From positions 120,300 to 184,299 of the forward strand of contig JAQBRA010000004.1 in NCBI GenBank assembly GCA_028286685.1: a stretch of 64,000 bases of DNA, read 5' to 3'. Below, in pieces: positions 41,727 through 51,435 of this stretch (position 1 is its first letter; every line of letters begins with the position of its first letter). The notes under the pieces were generated by a model that saw only the letters and a program-made list of their open reading frames with translations, did not search any database and was not told the origin of the DNA. Origin of the DNA: Candidatus Adlerbacteria bacterium (GTDB taxonomy: Bacteria; Patescibacteriota; Minisyncoccia; Phycocordibacterales; SBAW01). Both the position numbers and the translations under genes were made by a program.

Positions 41727-41969
41727 CTACTTTGTCCTGACCAGGGCCAGCTTTTGCGCCCTGGTCCACGACTTAATCTCGGCCTCCCGGCGCGATGCAG
41801 TGCTCCGATTGAGCTTGCGCTCCGTATAGACGATTTTGCCCGCGCGCCTGGCGCGCGTGTACTTGGCGCCCCGTCCAGCCTTATGCTCGGCAAGCCGGCG
41901 CGCCACATCGGTCGTAATGCCAGTATAGAGGCTCTTGTCCGCGCACTCTACTATATAAACAAAGTACAT
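41727..41969 (-). CDS. GIY-YIG nuclease family protein (UPF0213)
   Basis: FVYIVEC.D.SLYTG.T and GAKYTR motifs. Confidence 0.92.
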   Translation of the reverse strand: MYFVYIVECADKSLYTGITTDVARRLAEHKAGRGAKYTRARRAGKIVYTERKLNRSTASRREAEIKSWTRAQKLALVRTK

Positions 41970-41972
41970 GGC

Positions 41973-42599
41973 TTAGGAAATCGGTATCTGCTCGCCCAGG
42001 AATTTAGGGATCCGGTGCACGATTAAGTCGAGCACTGCCTTGACCCGGGCCAGGGACTCGCGCACCTGGTTGCGCGGCAAGAGATGCACGTTGTCGGCCC
42101 GCAGGCCTACCGCATCTATGCCCAAGGTCCGGGCAATAAAGATCGATCGCGGCAGATGGAAGGACTGTGTGGCAATGACAGCCGACTCTACCTTGAATAT
42201 CTCGTGCGCCCGGTACATCGTGCTGTAGGTATCGAAGCCCGCATGGTCAAGGTAGATGTCTTCCTCGGGCACGCCCCGGCTCAAGAGGTATTTGCGCGCC
42301 GGGTCCACCTCGTTGTGCTCGACCGTGCTGTTGTCGCCCGAAACGAGAATCTTCTGCGCTTTGCCCGCCTGATACAAAGCCACGGCCGCATTGGCGCGGT
42401 CCATGAATACTGCCGAGAGGGCGCCGCTGCGCAAAATTGCGGCACCAGGAACGATGGCAACCGTCCGCTCGGGCACCGAGCCCACATCGGCGTACATATG
42501 GCGCTGCTCGCCCCAGACCATGCCGGCATTAATAACGGCAGTGCAGACCGCAACCGCCGCTGCGGCCGCCGTAACCCAAAAAAGTAACCGCTTAAGCAT
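41973..42599 (-). CDS. SanA/ElyC/YdcF family protein
   Basis: LVSGDN, D.AGFDTY, TQSFHLPR and RE.LAR motifs. Confidence 0.9.
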   Translation of the reverse strand: MLKRLLFWVTAAAAAVAVCTAVINAGMVWGEQRHMYADVGSVPERTVAIVPGAAILRSGALSAVFMDRANAAVALYQAGKAQKILVSGDNSTVEHNEVDPARKYLLSRGVPEEDIYLDHAGFDTYSTMYRAHEIFKVESAVIATQSFHLPRSIFIARTLGIDAVGLRADNVHLLPRNQVRESLARVKAVLDLIVHRIPKFLGEQIPIS

Positions 42600-43111
42600 T
42601 AGGCTTGGTCGTATGCGTTCTGAAGCGCCTGCATGTCCAGCTTCTTCATCGGCATGAAAGCGTTGATGACTGCCTGCGACTTCTTAGGATCAGGGTCGGT
42701 CATAAGCTTGCCCATAAGGTCCCCCGGCGTTATCTGCCAGGAAAGCCCGAACTTGTCCTTGCACCAGCCGCATTGCTCGTTTTCAGGATGCGCGGAGAGC
42801 TTGGACCAGAAGTAGTCTATCTCTTCCTGGGTCTTGCAGTCGACCAGGAGCGACACCGCCTCGTTGAACTTGAATACCGGTCCGCCGTCGAGCCCCATAA
42901 AGCGCTGGCCCGCCAGCTCGAACACGCCGGTAAGCACTTTGCCTTCCATGCCGGCCATAGGGCCCTCGGTTATACCGCCCGGATAGCGCGTCATGCTCAG
43001 CACCTTTGACTCGCTCTCCTTGCCCGGCGCACCGTTAAATACGTCTACATAAAAAGTAATGGCTTCCTCGGCGCTCTTATCAAACCACAAATGCGGGGTG
43101 ATTTTTTGCAT
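42599..43111 (-). CDS. VOC/PhnB family protein
   Basis: KITPHLWF, FNEAVS and QCGWCKDKFGLSWQI motifs. Confidence 0.92.
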   Translation of the reverse strand: MQKITPHLWFDKSAEEAITFYVDVFNGAPGKESESKVLSMTRYPGGITEGPMAGMEGKVLTGVFELAGQRFMGLDGGPVFKFNEAVSLLVDCKTQEEIDYFWSKLSAHPENEQCGWCKDKFGLSWQITPGDLMGKLMTDPDPKKSQAVINAFMPMKKLDMQALQNAYDQA

Positions 43112-43164
43112 GCCTTTATTATACCCGAAGCAAGGGAGAGAGATAAAGTGCGGCCTTTTAAGCG

Positions 43165-43608
43165 CTACTCGTGGTGATACTTGCCGCCGGACAGTATTGA
43201 GGAGGCGCGATAGAGCTGCTCGGCCACCATGAGCCGCACCAGCATATGCGGAAACACCAGGGATGAAAGCTTGAGCGTTGTCTCGGCGCGCGTGGCAACT
43301 TTATCGCTCACGCCGAACGCCCCGCCAATAATGACTACCAGCCGCTTGCTGCCTGCCTGCATCTGCTTGTCCAGAAGTCTTGCCAGGCCCGGGGTATCGA
43401 TATCGCGGCCGCGCTCGTCTAAAAGCACCACGCAGTCGCCGTCTTTAAGGAGCTTCAGTATCGCGGCGCCCTCGGTTTCCTTGTCGCTTGCGCGCGGGTG
43501 GGCCCACTCGAGGGGAAAGCTCTTGGAAAGCCGCTTCTGGTATTCGGCAATGCCGTCGGCAACCATCGCGTCATGCGCCTTGCCGGGCGAGATAATGAGG
43601 ACTTTCAT
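43165..43608 (-). CDS. rlmH: 23S rRNA (pseudouridine1915-N3)-methyltransferase
   Basis: LDERG, IGGAFG, FPH.LVRL..EQLYRA and KYHHE motifs. Confidence 0.95.
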   Translation of the reverse strand: MKVLIISPGKAHDAMVADGIAEYQKRLSKSFPLEWAHPRASDKETEGAAILKLLKDGDCVVLLDERGRDIDTPGLARLLDKQMQAGSKRLVVIIGGAFGVSDKVATRAETTLKLSSLVFPHMLVRLMVAEQLYRASSILSGGKYHHE

Positions 43609-43614
43609 GGGCTG

Positions 43615-44652
43615 CTAGGCCGAGGCGCGCGCGTAAATGGAGAGGAGTGCCAGGAAAAGGCTCGAGCAGAGCGGCCCCAGGAAAAGTCCCGCGGGCCCGA
43701 ACAAGGCGACTCCGCCAAGCACGGAAAAGAGAACCATGAGCGGATGCAGGCGGGCGCGGTTACCGACCAGCTTCGGGCCCAGGAAATTATCGATAAGCCC
43801 CACGGCAAGGACCGCCCACAGCAAGAGCCCTAGGGCCGGCCCCAGGGCGCCAGTAATAAGCAAATATAGAGCTGCAGGAACCAAGACGAGCGCCGTGCCC
43901 AAGCCCGGCACCAGGGCGGCCAGGCCCGCTGCAAGCCCCCAGAGGACCGGGCTCGGGACGCCGAACAGGTACAGCCCTAGGCCCGAGAGCGCTCCCTGCA
44001 AGAACGCCAGCGTCAGGTTGCCCTTTACTATCCCGCCTACGGCCTGCTCGAGGCGGTCGAGAATAGTGTTGTCATCGCTGTCAGTAAGAGGACTGAGACT
44101 TATGAGCCTGGCTCGCAGATCCGCTCCGTCGCGCAGCATGTAAAAGAGCGCAATGAGGAATATAAAAAGACTGAAGAGGGTCTGGGTCAGGCCGGAAAAC
44201 AGCGCGCCGCCATTAGCCACTATCCACGACACGGCTCCCTTTGCGTACGTGTCGACCGAACTGGCCAGTACGCCGGAAAATCGCTCGGTGCCGGGGATAT
44301 AGCGCTCGGCGAGCGCCTGACCGTATGCCACGACTTGGTTGAAATACGTCGTTCCGCTTCCATCTGAAAGCGTTGTGGCAAGCTGCCGCGCCTCTTCAAC
44401 AATCCTGACGCCAATCAGCGCGAGGGGGACCATCACGCACACCAATGCGAGCAGTATCGTGATGAGGGCTGCGCTTGCGGGCCAGCCCTTTATCTTCCTC
44501 AGCAGAAAGAGGTAGACCGGCCGCAGCACGACGGCAAAAATAGCCGCAAGCGAAAGCGGCACCAAAAAGGGCTTGAATATCAGAAAGACCAGCACGGCGG
44601 CACCCACCAGGATGCTTAAGAGAAAGTAGGGCCGGATGGCGTCTGCGTTCAT
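43615..44652 (-). CDS. AI-2E family transporter
   Basis: IDNFL.P and HPL..LFSVLGG..LFG..G..LGP motifs. Confidence 0.9.
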   Translation of the reverse strand: MNADAIRPYFLLSILVGAAVLVFLIFKPFLVPLSLAAIFAVVLRPVYLFLLRKIKGWPASAALITILLALVCVMVPLALIGVRIVEEARQLATTLSDGSGTTYFNQVVAYGQALAERYIPGTERFSGVLASSVDTYAKGAVSWIVANGGALFSGLTQTLFSLFIFLIALFYMLRDGADLRARLISLSPLTDSDDNTILDRLEQAVGGIVKGNLTLAFLQGALSGLGLYLFGVPSPVLWGLAAGLAALVPGLGTALVLVPAALYLLITGALGPALGLLLWAVLAVGLIDNFLGPKLVGNRARLHPLMVLFSVLGGVALFGPAGLFLGPLCSSLFLALLSIYARASA

Positions 44653-44671
44653 AGCGTGCAGTATATACCAA

Positions 44672-45031
44672 TTAGATAACCCTGCGATCTTCTATCGCAC
44701 CCTGCTCAATCTCCGCGATAGCCTCGGGCGTCGGAGCAGTTTTGCGGGCAAAGTGCGTAAGCTCCTTTTGCTTGCTGAGCTCATCCTCGAGCCGGGCATT
44801 TTCCTTCCTGAGCTTGCGGTACTTAAAATAGCCGCTGACGCTCTCCGGAAGCACTATAAGAAAGGCGATGAGTATGCCGGCAAACGTAGCCACGAGCAGG
44901 ATTAATGAGAGAGATCCCTCAAGCTGCCAGTTAAAGAAGGAAACCGTCACCAAAGCGGCATTTTGCAGCGCGAAAATAACTACTAACCCCCCGAGTAAAA
45001 TGCCGACTACAAAAAATATGAATACAAACAT
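44672..45031 (-). CDS. LapA family protein
   Basis: FALQN...V.V.F motif, two TM helices and a coiled coil. Confidence 0.85.
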   Translation of the reverse strand: MFVFIFFVVGILLGGLVVIFALQNAALVTVSFFNWQLEGSLSLILLVATFAGILIAFLIVLPESVSGYFKYRKLRKENARLEDELSKQKELTHFARKTAPTPEAIAEIEQGAIEDRRVI

Positions 45032-45051
45032 AGCATTACTATACCCTATCG

Positions 45052-45267
45052 CTATAAATACCTGCTTATCTCCTCAGCGGCCTCCTGTGCCACCTCCTGG
45101 TCCTGGTCCCGCACGAGCCCCTGCTGCATTTTAAGCAGCACCCCGTGTATTTCCTCGACGCTGTACCCTTTTGCCCGCAGAAGTTCCGCCTCTTTTAAAA
45201 GCACATTGTCCTCCGGAGTGCTTTTCCGGAGCGCCGCGTCGAATAGTTTTGAAAATGGATGCGCCAT
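45052..45267 (-). CDS. hypothetical protein
   Basis: 71-aa helical ORF. Confidence 0.55.
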   Translation of the reverse strand: MAHPFSKLFDAALRKSTPEDNVLLKEAELLRAKGYSVEEIHGVLLKMQQGLVRDQDQEVAQEAAEEISRYL

Positions 45268-45280
45268 GCGGCTTGGCCTT

Positions 45281-46027
45281 TTATTGTACCTGCAGGTAGT
45301 AGTCGGTGCTACCGTAGAGCGTATAGTCGTAGCCTTCCTGGCTTGCCGGCGCGGCATACACTTTTGCGGTCGAGCCGATTTCCTTTTCAACATCACCGAT
45401 CGATTCTACGCCCTTAAGCGTGCCCAGAGGCGGAGGACTGATGCGCATGCCGGAGGCCACTATTACCTTCTTGCCATCGACGGTTATCGAGCATACCCCG
45501 TCAAAAAAGCACGAGGTATCCACGGCCGATATTTTGCCGGTAAAGGTTACTGCCGCTTGCGGCTTGGTGCCCAAGTCAGCCTCCACAGAGGCCCGGGTCT
45601 TGGGGCCAAAGTAGCCCACTGCCGGAGTTATGCCGCGCGCAGCCTGGTATTCAGCAAGCGCGGCGCGGGTAAGCGGCCCGAAGTAGCCGGTTGCACCCAC
45701 TGCCGCAAGCGCCTGCGCCGAGGCGCCCGCCTTCTGCGAAATCAGGTGCTGCTGCAGCCACACTACGTCCTCGCTGCGCATGCCTGCCCAGAGGTCCTGC
45801 TGCGGCACTGGGGTGGTTTCTGTTTTGCATTCGCCCTCGTACAAGAGCGTCGCCTGGTCCGCGCCCAGCATGCAGGAGTTGCCGTAGGTTTTGGCGGTGC
45901 CGTCTTGGCTTTGGCCGCACACCGGCGCGTACTGCATGGTGCACATAGTAGGCTCGGCCGCAGTGGCAATCTGGAAAGATACGGCAAACAGCAGCACGGG
46001 CATGAGGGCAAAAATTAGTTTTTTCAT
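45281..46027 (-). CDS. secreted protein with Kazal-like and peptidoglycan-binding-like domains
   Basis: CTMQYAPVCG..TYGNSC motif; GYFGP.T motifs. Confidence 0.8.
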   Translation of the reverse strand: MKKLIFALMPVLLFAVSFQIATAAEPTMCTMQYAPVCGQSQDGTAKTYGNSCMLGADQATLLYEGECKTETTPVPQQDLWAGMRSEDVVWLQQHLISQKAGASAQALAAVGATGYFGPLTRAALAEYQAARGITPAVGYFGPKTRASVEADLGTKPQAAVTFTGKISAVDTSCFFDGVCSITVDGKKVIVASGMRISPPPLGTLKGVESIGDVEKEIGSTAKVYAAPASQEGYDYTLYGSTDYYLQVQ

Positions 46028-46141
46028 ATGCTTTTGTTCTGTACAGATTATGACGTCCCGCTTGGCACCCTCTTACACCTTACGATTAAAAAGCACCCCC
46101 TCAGGGGCTTTTCAAAACGGCCGGACCCGTACGCGGCTGCC

Positions 46142-46429
46142 CTAGTTTCCGGAAAATCCGGGGATATTGAAGATGCCGACAGCAAGGTCTGCCCAGATGA
46201 TAAGAAGTGCTGCCAGGAATACTCCGCCCAAGATCAGCCGGTTCCTGGCGCTTCCAACCTTCCTGGCAGCAAACTCATAGGCAAGGCCGGTCCCGAGCAG
46301 GAGGATGCCGATCGTTATGAAATCGGTTAGATCCCAATCCACTTCATGGGTAAACTGCATCGCTATCAAAGGTACTGCCAAGATGGCCGCGGTCCCGAGT
46401 ACGATGCCCATAATTCTTTTATTTTCCAT
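46142..46429 (-). CDS. membrane protein
   Basis: PLIAMQFT.EV.W...DF and W..LAVG motifs. Confidence 0.7.
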   Translation of the reverse strand: MENKRIMGIVLGTAAILAVPLIAMQFTHEVDWDLTDFITIGILLLGTGLAYEFAARKVGSARNRLILGGVFLAALLIIWADLAVGIFNIPGFSGN

Positions 46430-46538
46430 AGATAGTCTCATGTGTTTCTATAATCCCCTCCTTCGGGTGCGCTTATATAACCGCCGGCCCTGGAGGAAAG
46501 TTACCTGATTGAAAAAAGCAGCGCGTACGAACTGATGC

Positions 46539-47084
46539 CTACTTGCTTAGCAGTTCCAGCAATTTAGTCGTGGTATTCCAGTTGCGGATAGTCATAGACT
46601 TGTAGGGCAGCGTCCCGACGATTTTACTAAGCCGGCTTTTGGTCCGCAGGGAGCTAAGCCGCTGCGAATAAATCACGCCAGTGCCCGGCCACACCGAATC
46701 CACCCCTTCCTTGGGGCTGAATACGGCCATGGCCGGGGTAACAGCAATGTCCATGAGAAAGATCGCGTCGCTGTGGTATTTCTTGGGCTGCTCGCCGAAG
46801 CCTTTGGGCTTTTTGTCGACCATGGCCTTAAGCTGGCGGCGGCTCAGTACCAGGACCTTAATAAGCGCGCTGTCGAGCTTAAAGGCCTTGGGCAGGACTT
46901 TCTCTATCTTATCTTTTATAAAATCGGGCTTTTTGTCGGACTTCAATAGTACGTTGCCGCTGGCGATATAGGTCGAGACATCAGAAAAGCCCATTTCTTC
47001 CAGGCACTTCCTCAATGCCGCCATTGATACCTTATTTTTCCCGCCGACATTGATGCCGCGCAGAAGCACTGCGTACGTATTCAT
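46539..47084 (-). CDS. DUF1697 domain protein
   Basis: LLRGINVGG.NKV, TYIASGN and TIRNWNT motifs. Confidence 0.9.
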   Translation of the reverse strand: MNTYAVLLRGINVGGKNKVSMAALRKCLEEMGFSDVSTYIASGNVLLKSDKKPDFIKDKIEKVLPKAFKLDSALIKVLVLSRRQLKAMVDKKPKGFGEQPKKYHSDAIFLMDIAVTPAMAVFSPKEGVDSVWPGTGVIYSQRLSSLRTKSRLSKIVGTLPYKSMTIRNWNTTTKLLELLSK

Positions 47085-47369
47085 TTATTTTGATTTTTTA
47101 GAACGCCTGTCGAGCACCGCCCGAATCGAGGGGCTTACCGGCTTATCCGCCCGGTGGATGCAGCCTATCCAGCAGCACGGCCGGCGCATGCCGGAGCCAA
47201 GCTTCGAGGTCGCCTTCCTTATCCTAATATCTCTGGTTTCCGCCTTTTTGCCGGATATAACCCAACATATCCACTCTTGGCGCGCCAAGGGCGTAATGCT
47301 TTCCCACACGGCATGCGCCGCCTTGTTTGAGGCAACGGCCTGGCGCAGATCTGCGGGCATGGCGTGCAT
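47085..47369 (-). CDS. YdeI/OmpD-associated family protein
   Basis: TPLARQEWICW...KK.ETR and RPCCW.GC.HR motifs. Confidence 0.85.
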   Translation of the reverse strand: MHAMPADLRQAVASNKAAHAVWESITPLARQEWICWVISGKKAETRDIRIRKATSKLGSGMRRPCCWIGCIHRADKPVSPSIRAVLDRRSKKSK

Positions 47370-47430
47370 GCCTCTAGTGTACCAAAGCAATGCCCAGCCT
47401 TCAGCAATTCCAGCAGCCTTGTTGCCGGCC

Positions 47431-47790
47431 TTATTGCTTCCGCAAAATCTTCTCCATTGCCCTTCCCTTTGCCAACTCGTCGATCAGCTTGTCCAAGTAG
47501 CGAATTCCCTGCATGGTCGGCTCCTTGATGTCTTCCACTCGGACGCCACACACCACGCCGCTGATCAGAGTCCGCGACGGATTGAGCTTGGGAGCTTCCG
47601 CAAGAAAGGTTTCGAAGTCCGTCTGTTTTTTCAGGTGCGCTTTTAACCCTTCCTGGCTGTATCCTGTCAGCCAGCGGATGACTTCATCGACTTCTTTTTT
47701 CGTGCGTCCTTTTTTCTCTGCCTTGGCCACATACAGCGGATAGACGCTTGCGAAGCTCATTCTATAGATCCGATGGCTTGTAGTATTCAT
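47431..47790 (-). CDS. DUF2200 domain protein
   Basis: [16 protein letters not shown] and [14 protein letters not shown] motifs. Confidence 0.9.
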   Translation of the reverse strand: MNTTSHRIYRMSFASVYPLYVAKAEKKGRTKKEVDEVIRWLTGYSQEGLKAHLKKQTDFETFLAEAPKLNPSRTLISGVVCGVRVEDIKEPTMQGIRYLDKLIDELAKGRAMEKILRKQ

Positions 47791-47798
47791 GGTAAGTA

Positions 47799-47825
47799 GC
47801 GGGTATCCGGGACAATGCTAGAACC
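47799..47825. repeat. array repeat, degenerate distal copy
   Basis: gcgggtatccgggacaatgctagaacc. Confidence 0.65.
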
Positions 47826-47829
47826 TTAC

Positions 47830-48300
47830 TTAGATGCTATCGGATTTTATATCCACGGCTTTTTGCAAAATCCGTTCAAGCACTGACGCCGCAGCGGCGG
47901 TTATGGCAGAGGCGATAATTATAAGAAGGCTTATGGCAACGCCGCCCGCGATATCGTCGCCAGGCCGAACTACAAGCAGGTAGGCCAGTGGCGCCGCGAC
48001 GAAACCGATAAGGGCTAGCGCACAGTATTTCATAGTCCGCAGGGCTTTCAGCGACGATTGCGAGAATACCTCATTCCGCCCCGCGAGCCCCAAGAGCTTG
48101 AATGCTTGGTAGAGCGCGATGAAAAAAGCGATAGACGCCGTATATGCATACGCCAAGAACAGATCGTTGAAGTAGATCTCAAAGAGCGTGGCATGCGCAT
48201 TCCTGCCCTCAAGGTGGGGTTCCCAAAGCATAAAGGCAAGAACGCCGATGCCGATGAGCATAACGACCACTTGAAGAAATAGTGATGGGATCCTTTTCAT
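47830..48300 (-). CDS. DUF2975 membrane protein (cassette)
   Basis: FFIALYQAFKLL, FSQSS.KAL..MKYCA and LQKAVDIKS motifs. Confidence 0.85.
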   Translation of the reverse strand: MKRIPSLFLQVVVMLIGIGVLAFMLWEPHLEGRNAHATLFEIYFNDLFLAYAYTASIAFFIALYQAFKLLGLAGRNEVFSQSSLKALRTMKYCALALIGFVAAPLAYLLVVRPGDDIAGGVAISLLIIIASAITAAAASVLERILQKAVDIKSDSI

Positions 48301-48370
48301 GGCCGGTTCTTATAAATTTTCATCCAAAGCATTCCTACTTAGAACTTTCCTTGCTCTTAAGAAGTAACCC

Positions 48371-48398
48371 GCTGGGTGTATGGAACGATGTTGGAACC
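48371..48398. repeat. array repeat
   Basis: One mismatch to consensus. Confidence 0.95.
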
Positions 48399-48408
48399 TC
48401 CTTAAGTT

Positions 48409-48837
48409 CTATTTATTTGCATTGAACTCCACAATCCACTCAATACCGTATTTATCTCTAAACATACCGGCATATGTTCCCCAAGGACTTTCCCCGATTG
48501 CCCCTTCTACTTGTCCTCCAATAGAAAGACCATTAAATATTTTTTCCGCTTCTTCTTTGTTGTCTGCATTTAGATGGATTTTACTCCTATTTTCATTTTC
48601 ACTTACTTTTCCCATAACTTCAGGAACATCGTTTCCTATTAGCATATTTCCGCCGCCAATAGGCAAAGTAATCAGCATGATTTTGTTCTCCTCTATATCT
48701 CTAACCGGGAATTCAGGACTCGCAAGATCTTTGAAACGAATCACCTTTGTAAAATCTCCGCCAAAAACAGATTTATAAAAAGTAAACGCTTCTTCGGCAT
48801 TACCATTAAAATTAATCCAAGGGTTTATTGCTGTCAT
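48409..48837 (-). CDS. VOC/PhnB family protein (cassette)
   Basis: INFNGNAEEAF.FYKSVFGG and DKYGIEW motifs; AT-rich. Confidence 0.9.
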   Translation of the reverse strand: MTAINPWINFNGNAEEAFTFYKSVFGGDFTKVIRFKDLASPEFPVRDIEENKIMLITLPIGGGNMLIGNDVPEVMGKVSENENRSKIHLNADNKEEAEKIFNGLSIGGQVEGAIGESPWGTYAGMFRDKYGIEWIVEFNANK

Positions 48838-48886
48838 AGTGAAATTATATACTTGAGACCTTGGTCACACAACATACTCTGAATTT

Positions 48887-48969
48887 GCTGGGTGCACGGG
48901 CGACCTGATTTTTAACGAACAGAGCGAGTATAAAAATGGAAGTACTCTTGTGGTAACGATGTTGGAACC
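48887..48969. repeat. array repeat split by a 55-bp insertion
   Basis: gctgggtgcacggg + 55 bp + acgatgttggaacc. Confidence 0.8.
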
Positions 48970-49037
48970 ATTGTAGCAAAAGAAGAAGCGGCTACCCCAT
49001 AGGATAGCCGCCTGCTGAAATGACCGGGGTCAGAGCC

Positions 49038-49577
49038 TTAGCCAGTAATAACCCGACAAATGCGGCCGACAAATCCGAGCTTCTTGCCTCGTCTTTGAAA
49101 CTGGAGGAGATCAGTGCGTGGAATGTCGTAAGCATATCTTGCCCGAGCCATGGCAATTTCCTGGTCTGGATAGAGGCTAACCCAGGTGCGACGCTGAATT
49201 TTCTCGGTTTCTTCGAATACGGCCTTGCCGTCTTGGACTACCCCAACAGGAAGAAAGTCCGTCTCGAACAAGGTGATCTCACGGCGAGTAGTCTCGGAAC
49301 CGATATCTTCGTCGAAGTAGAGCTTGCCGAATCTCATCGACGTATCCCACTCGTGGAATCGGTCGACACATGTCGCCTCTAGACCCGGAAGCAGGCTGTC
49401 CATGAATGCCTGCAACTCAGGACCGGTATAAATACCCTGATTGGGCGCGACAATGAAGTCGACGGTGTGAGTCCAAAAGCCATCGCGGTGTGGAAAATGA
49501 TTCAGCTCGTTGACCGCGACGATCTGGATATTCGTGTTGCCTTGGAGAGCAGCACGGACGGAAGCAAGCTTAGACAT
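49038..49577 (-). CDS. hypothetical protein (cassette)
   Basis: Fills one repeat interval; has its own terminator hairpin at about 48977-49011. Confidence 0.65.
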   Translation of the reverse strand: MSKLASVRAALQGNTNIQIVAVNELNHFPHRDGFWTHTVDFIVAPNQGIYTGPELQAFMDSLLPGLEATCVDRFHEWDTSMRFGKLYFDEDIGSETTRREITLFETDFLPVGVVQDGKAVFEETEKIQRRTWVSLYPDQEIAMARARYAYDIPRTDLLQFQRRGKKLGFVGRICRVITG

Positions 49578-49646
49578 GCAAGAAGCGTCCTTTGGCGCTG
49601 GTTGAACAACTATACGCAAATTACAACAAATTATCTAAAAAGTCGA

Positions 49647-49674
49647 GCTGGGTGTTTGGGACGATGTTGGAATC
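49647..49674. repeat. array repeat
   Basis: Two mismatches to consensus. Confidence 0.95.
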
Positions 49675-49675
49675 T

Positions 49676-50074
49676 TTATTGAGTAGGAATGCCCCTTTTA
49701 GCCAAGTCCTCTATGGACTCAAATTCCAGATAATTCTGGGTCAATTCCTCTCCTGCTTGTATATCCCGAGCCGCTACCAAGTAAGCATCTGCGTGAGCCG
49801 AATCCTGCGTAACCGTTGCCTCGTAGGAGTGATTGATGAAATGCGATACATCAAAGTCGACATGCCACTTTTGGCTAGGCTCATCAAAGAATCCCCACCA
49901 CTGAACTTCATGCTTCTCTTTCTCATCCAAAGAGTCGAACTGCTCTTGAGTAAGGTTCACGTCGAGCAAGGGACTCGCGGTATAAATGAGCGTGCCTTTA
50001 GAAATATTTTGGTTGGCAAAAAGTCCGACACCATGATGCTCTGATTTATCGAGATTGTACTTGATATGAATCAT
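49676..50074 (-). CDS. SET domain protein (cassette)
   Basis: HGVGLFA...I.KG, FINHS and ARDIQAGEELT.NY motifs. Confidence 0.92.
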   Translation of the reverse strand: MIHIKYNLDKSEHHGVGLFANQNISKGTLIYTASPLLDVNLTQEQFDSLDEKEKHEVQWWGFFDEPSQKWHVDFDVSHFINHSYEATVTQDSAHADAYLVAARDIQAGEELTQNYLEFESIEDLAKRGIPTQ

Positions 50075-50100
50075 GCCGATACAGTATCACAAAAAGACTG

Positions 50101-50128
50101 GCTGGGTGTATGGGACGATGTTGGAACC
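50101..50128. repeat. array repeat
   Basis: Exact consensus. Confidence 0.97.
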
Positions 50129-50209
50129 ATTCTGACACATGAATATGGAAAAGAAAATGCCGCCCAAGTATAGCCGGGGCGGCTCGGTATCGTATAATTT
50201 TTAGGTCGA

Positions 50210-50617
50210 TCAGTTCACTCTACGACTTGTCTGGTGCAAGTCATAGAATCGATAAAGAGCCGGACATGGAAACGGCGCGGACGAAGTACCCCAGACCTGC
50301 TCCCCTTTTTCCTCCATCTCGCGCAGGACTTCCGCCCCGCGATCGAGATCGTTGGTGTTTAAGAGAAAATTGATATGGTATTCCCCCGCTTCGCTCCCAA
50401 TTTGGGTTCGAAACAGCACCCCCGAGCGTGCGCCGACCATATGGGTATCCCATGCCGTCTCAATAATTCCGTCGCAGACATCACTGACAATATGCATACG
50501 TTCCCATTTCTTTAGGTAGAGATCACATGCAGCCATCTTAAGCGCCGCTCGCACTTGGTCGGTAATCATACCTGGACCCTTTTCGACCATGAGGCAAGTC
50601 CAAGAGTCGTTGGACAT
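50210..50617 (-). CDS. hypothetical protein (cassette)
   Basis: SD GGGAG, ATG start; fills one repeat interval. Confidence 0.65.
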   Translation of the reverse strand: MSNDSWTCLMVEKGPGMITDQVRAALKMAACDLYLKKWERMHIVSDVCDGIIETAWDTHMVGARSGVLFRTQIGSEAGEYHINFLLNTNDLDRGAEVLREMEEKGEQVWGTSSAPFPCPALYRFYDLHQTSRRVN

Positions 50618-50685
50618 CGTCAGTCTCCCGATTTGTTCCTGATGCAGCTGAAAAGATAATACAACAAAGTATATCAAAAGCAATA

Positions 50686-50713
50686 GCTGGGTGTATGGGA
50701 CGATGTTGGAACC
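50686..50713. repeat. array repeat
   Basis: Exact consensus. Confidence 0.97.
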
Positions 50714-50760
50714 TTATTAACAGAAATCGCCTAACAAAGTCAGGCGACTCTGCTAGGCGG

Positions 50761-51039
50761 TTAAATGATTGGGACTTGGCCCTCGTCAGGACATTCCGGG
50801 ACGAGCTTTTCGTCCAAGAGATAAAGTTTACCGCTAAGCCAGTCGCCGCTGGCATAGCTTTCATACATCCGGTCGTATTCGGACCGAACAGTAACATCGC
50901 CTGCGATTTTCCAGACCCCGTTTTCTGGAATCACAACGAGCCGCTTTCCGGCAGGCGTATATGGTGGAGTTTCGCTCAGATGACCCTGAACAAGAACCCC
51001 TTTTGCCTCGACGGCTTTCACTCCGTAATAAGTGCCCAC
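50761..51039 (-). CDS. hypothetical protein (cassette)
   Basis: SD AGGAG, GTG start; fills one repeat interval. Confidence 0.6.
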   Translation of the reverse strand: MGTYYGVKAVEAKGVLVQGHLSETPPYTPAGKRLVVIPENGVWKIAGDVTVRSEYDRMYESYASGDWLSGKLYLLDEKLVPECPDEGQVPII

Positions 51040-51107
51040 TTCTTTCTCCTGATGTTCTAGTGCGATTAACTTTTATAAAAATACATGAATTACAGAACAT
51101 GTCAATA

Positions 51108-51135
51108 GTTTGGTGTGTGGGACGATGTTGGAACC
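51108..51135. repeat. array repeat
   Basis: gtttggtgtgtgggacgatgttggaacc, three mismatches. Confidence 0.92.
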
Positions 51136-51401
51136 TATTTTGATTTTAAAACAACAATGTAAGTCCCTATCCATGAACCCAAGGCCAAAGGAAGAATGTA
51201 CAAGTAATTTTGCACATAACTTAGAACTCCAACCGCAATAAGAAAGTGCATTAGTGCGCCTACCGTAGCAGACTTAAAAGGTTGCTTCTCAGCTATTGCG
51301 AGTGTGTAATAAGCATACATACCATCTACCAAAATGTAGGCGAAGAAAACAACGAGAGCGGAAAGCGGATTAAAGGTCTGCCAAAGATCAAAAAAGTTCA
51401 T
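51135..51401 (-). CDS. small membrane protein (cassette)
   Basis: Three TM helices; TAG stop overlaps the last base of the repeat. Confidence 0.75.
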   Translation of the reverse strand: MNFFDLWQTFNPLSALVVFFAYILVDGMYAYYTLAIAEKQPFKSATVGALMHFLIAVGVLSYVQNYLYILPLALGSWIGTYIVVLKSK

Positions 51402-51407
51402 AAATTT

Positions 51408-51435
51408 GCTGGGTGTATGGGACGATGTTGGAACC
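51408..51435. repeat. array repeat
   Basis: Exact consensus. Confidence 0.97.

Noticed and set aside
41727-41969. GIY-YIG gene as a homing endonuclease or the array recombinase
   Set aside because: Typical small stand-alone UPF0213 protein, with no intron context or link to the array
46142-47790. DUF2200, YdeI-associated, DUF1697 and membrane genes as further cassettes
   Set aside because: Cargo type and orientation fit, but no repeat copies are detectable between them; left outside the array
50101-50128. Repeat as a coding motif (LGVWDDVGT on plus, FQHRPIHPA on minus)
   Set aside because: Copies are intergenic, and ORF-track extensions through them (e.g. 53717..54127, 50538..50897) are artefacts. 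An origin from the end of a lost recombinase gene cannot be excluded
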